IMG/VR virus record: IMGVR_UViG_3300048865_000005
Source of the DNA: a virus
Lineage: Duplodnaviria > Heunggongvirae > Uroviricota > Caudoviricetes
Direction: 5' to 3' (one strand)
Length of the DNA stretch: 24,422 nucleotides
A model generated the notes under the pieces. That model was not told where the DNA came from, searched no databases, and saw only the letters and a list, made by a program, of their open reading frames with translations. The position numbers were made by a program, and so were the translations under genes. Of the stretch, positions 22,998-24,422 are shown piece after piece. How positions within the stretch are numbered: position 1 is the first letter of the stretch; each line of letters begins with the position of its first letter.

Positions 22998-23300
22998 TTA
23001 GGCAAATAGAGCGGATTGTTCGGTATTGTACGTTGCTTTGTTTTCCATAGTCTTGCGGGCTACTTGGGAAAACTTGGCGGAGTATGTCACGTCATAGTCT
23101 AGACCGAAACACACTTTCACAACATGCTTGACGGTCTCGGTGCTTCCGTCGATTAGCAGCAAACCTTTACCGATGAAGTGACCGAATAGGGTACGCTGTT
23201 CTTTAGCAGATAGTTTGCCTTCCCATTTACCGCACACCGAGCCGGTACGCTCAAGAAGAAAGAAAGCTAGGTTTGCCACTGCTTCAAACTTGTCCATCAC
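22998..23300 (-). CDS. Hypothetical early protein (100 aa)
   Basis: GAGGTG SD. Confidence 0.7.
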   Translation of the reverse strand: MMDKFEAVANLAFFLLERTGSVCGKWEGKLSAKEQRTLFGHFIGKGLLLIDGSTETVKHVVKVCFGLDYDVTYSAKFSQVARKTMENKATYNTEQSALFA

Positions 23301-23347
23301 TTCACCTCTACCGTGTGAGGCGAGTTGTTCGCCTCTCTATAGGAATG

Positions 23348-23376
23348 ATTATAAGTATTTGTAATTTAGAGGTCAA
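23348..23376 (-). promoter_or_regulatory. Early sigma70 promoter TTGACC-17-TATAAT with 18-bp palindrome
   Basis: Palindrome copy 23348-23365, 16/18. Confidence 0.85.
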
Positions 23377-23379
23377 GAA

Positions 23380-23712
23380 TTATTTAATGAAATTTTCTAA
23401 GCTATTCGCAAAGGCTTTGTGCTGCTTATGGCTGTTTATATCTAATCCAAGCGCGGTAGCGTCGAGAGAACACAAAGCAAGCATAAACCTTGCCTTACCT
23501 TCGATAATATGTGCAGAAACAATACCGTCAAACTTGGACGTTTTAACGTATGCAGCAAACAAAGTGCCGTTAGGCTTATAAAACAAAACTTTGCCTTTCT
23601 TGTGTTCGTAATAACCTGAAGCTGTACGGCCTGCTAATGGTTTGAAAAGTGTATTAACTATAGCGTCAGAGCCTTTGACAAAGTATTGACCGTCGAACGT
23701 TGCAATAGTCAT
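23380..23712 (-). CDS. Hypothetical early protein (110 aa)
   Basis: GAGGG SD. Confidence 0.7.
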   Translation of the reverse strand: MTIATFDGQYFVKGSDAIVNTLFKPLAGRTASGYYEHKKGKVLFYKPNGTLFAAYVKTSKFDGIVSAHIIEGKARFMLALCSLDATALGLDINSHKQHKAFANSLENFIK

Positions 23713-23759
23713 TCTAAACCCTCACAAACTTTGATATTAAACTAAGTTTCCCTTCTCGT

Positions 23760-24053
23760 TCAAACCTTTACGCGACGTTTGATTAAACGATAACTTCCAG
23801 AGCCGTTTAATTGATACTCTTTTAAACGGACTTTCGCTTCTTTTTCATTATCTTCCGTGCTTTCGTCGTCCCAGCCGTAACCGTAGTTACCCTGCACTAT
23901 GAATTCCTGAACGGTCCGACGCGTTACCTTAATTTCCGGCTTATGCTCGCCACTGTCTACAAGCAACTTTTTTGCCTCTTCCGCTGTTGTGGCGTCAGTG
24001 AAAAATACTGTGTCAATCAGTTTACCGTTTAAACGCACATTAAAGCTTGCCAT
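23760..24053 (-). CDS. Hypothetical early protein (97 aa)
   Basis: AGGA SD; QGNYGYGWDD motif. Confidence 0.7.
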   Translation of the reverse strand: MASFNVRLNGKLIDTVFFTDATTAEEAKKLLVDSGEHKPEIKVTRRTVQEFIVQGNYGYGWDDESTEDNEKEAKVRLKEYQLNGSGSYRLIKRRVKV

Positions 24054-24084
24054 TTTCGAATTCCTATGCTTGATTTACAGAATA

Positions 24085-24113
24085 ATTATAAACACTTATA
24101 ACATTTAAGTCAA
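24085..24113 (-). promoter_or_regulatory. Early sigma70 promoter TTGACT-17-TATAAT with 18-bp palindrome
   Basis: Palindrome copy 24085-24102, 15/18. Confidence 0.85.
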
Positions 24114-24117
24114 GAAA

Positions 24118-24336
24118 TTATTCGTAATATTTTTCATCAGTAATTAACAGTGTACCGCCGAACATATTCACACGGTCTTTCATCTGCTCAACAGTCATGA
24201 AAGGTTCGATAGAAAAATCGATATAATAGCTATCGTTACACATGTAAACGTCGCCTGTATGGTACTGTACAGCTTGTGGAAAAGCCATAAATTTTGCTAT
24301 TTCTTTGGCGGTGGAGAAGAATGCGCAAGCTTTCAT
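24118..24336 (-). CDS. Hypothetical early protein (72 aa)
   Basis: AGGA SD. Confidence 0.7.
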   Translation of the reverse strand: MKACAFFSTAKEIAKFMAFPQAVQYHTGDVYMCNDSYYIDFSIEPFMTVEQMKDRVNMFGGTLLITDEKYYE

Positions 24337-24367
24337 GATTTTTCCTATGTCTGGTTAAGATGTGATC

Positions 24368-24396
24368 ATTATAAGTACTTGTAATATTGAGGTCAA
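24368..24396 (-). promoter_or_regulatory. Early sigma70 promoter TTGACC-17-TATAAT with 18-bp palindrome
   Basis: Palindrome copy 24368-24385, 17/18. Confidence 0.85.
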
Positions 24397-24422
24397 GCGT
24401 TTTTTACAGGTTCATAACGCCA

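Noticed and set aside
21067-23581. Plus-strand ORFs in the early cluster (21067-21294, 21751-21948, 22134-22343, 23273-23581)
   Set aside because: Antisense shadows of minus-strand genes that have their own promoters and SDs.

Overview
A 24.4-kb fragment of a lytic tailed dsDNA phage genome. The head-gene order resembles rV5/phi92-type myoviruses and the host is probably a Gammaproteobacterium (both are inferences from gene order and sigma70 signals; no database search was run). There are four blocks. (1) 1-9619, minus strand: a winged-helix protein, a macro-like protein and small ORFs, two near-consensus sigma70 promoters, a candidate ~170-nt sRNA ending in a terminator, a candidate small terminase, an SGNH hydrolase, four tRNAs (Asn, Tyr, Trp, Ser) plus a fifth CCA-ended tRNA-like element, then large terminase, portal, XkdF-type prohead protease, scaffold, head decoration protein and major capsid protein (truncated at the window edge). 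(2) 9620-10040: a repeat-rich divergent junction that looks like an origin or operator array. (3) 10062-19814, plus strand: about 35 small accessory genes, including a small alarmone hydrolase-like HD protein, an HNH-like nuclease, dCMP deaminase, a SLOG protein, a stand-alone ligase domain Ia and an HTH protein. (4) After a ~700-bp non-coding gap, 20603-24396 on the minus strand holds a cluster of small early-type genes driven by seven sigma70 promoters. The most striking non-coding signals are a promoter- and terminator-bounded RNA that displays anti-Shine-Dalgarno (CCUCC) tracts, two of them in hairpin loops, and an 18-bp palindrome (ATTATAAGTACTTATAAT). The palindrome overlaps the -10 box of all seven early promoters but the -35 box of the two promoters upstream of the sRNA/tRNA/head operon. 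Together these suggest a possible early-to-late switch with a translational component (hypothesis).
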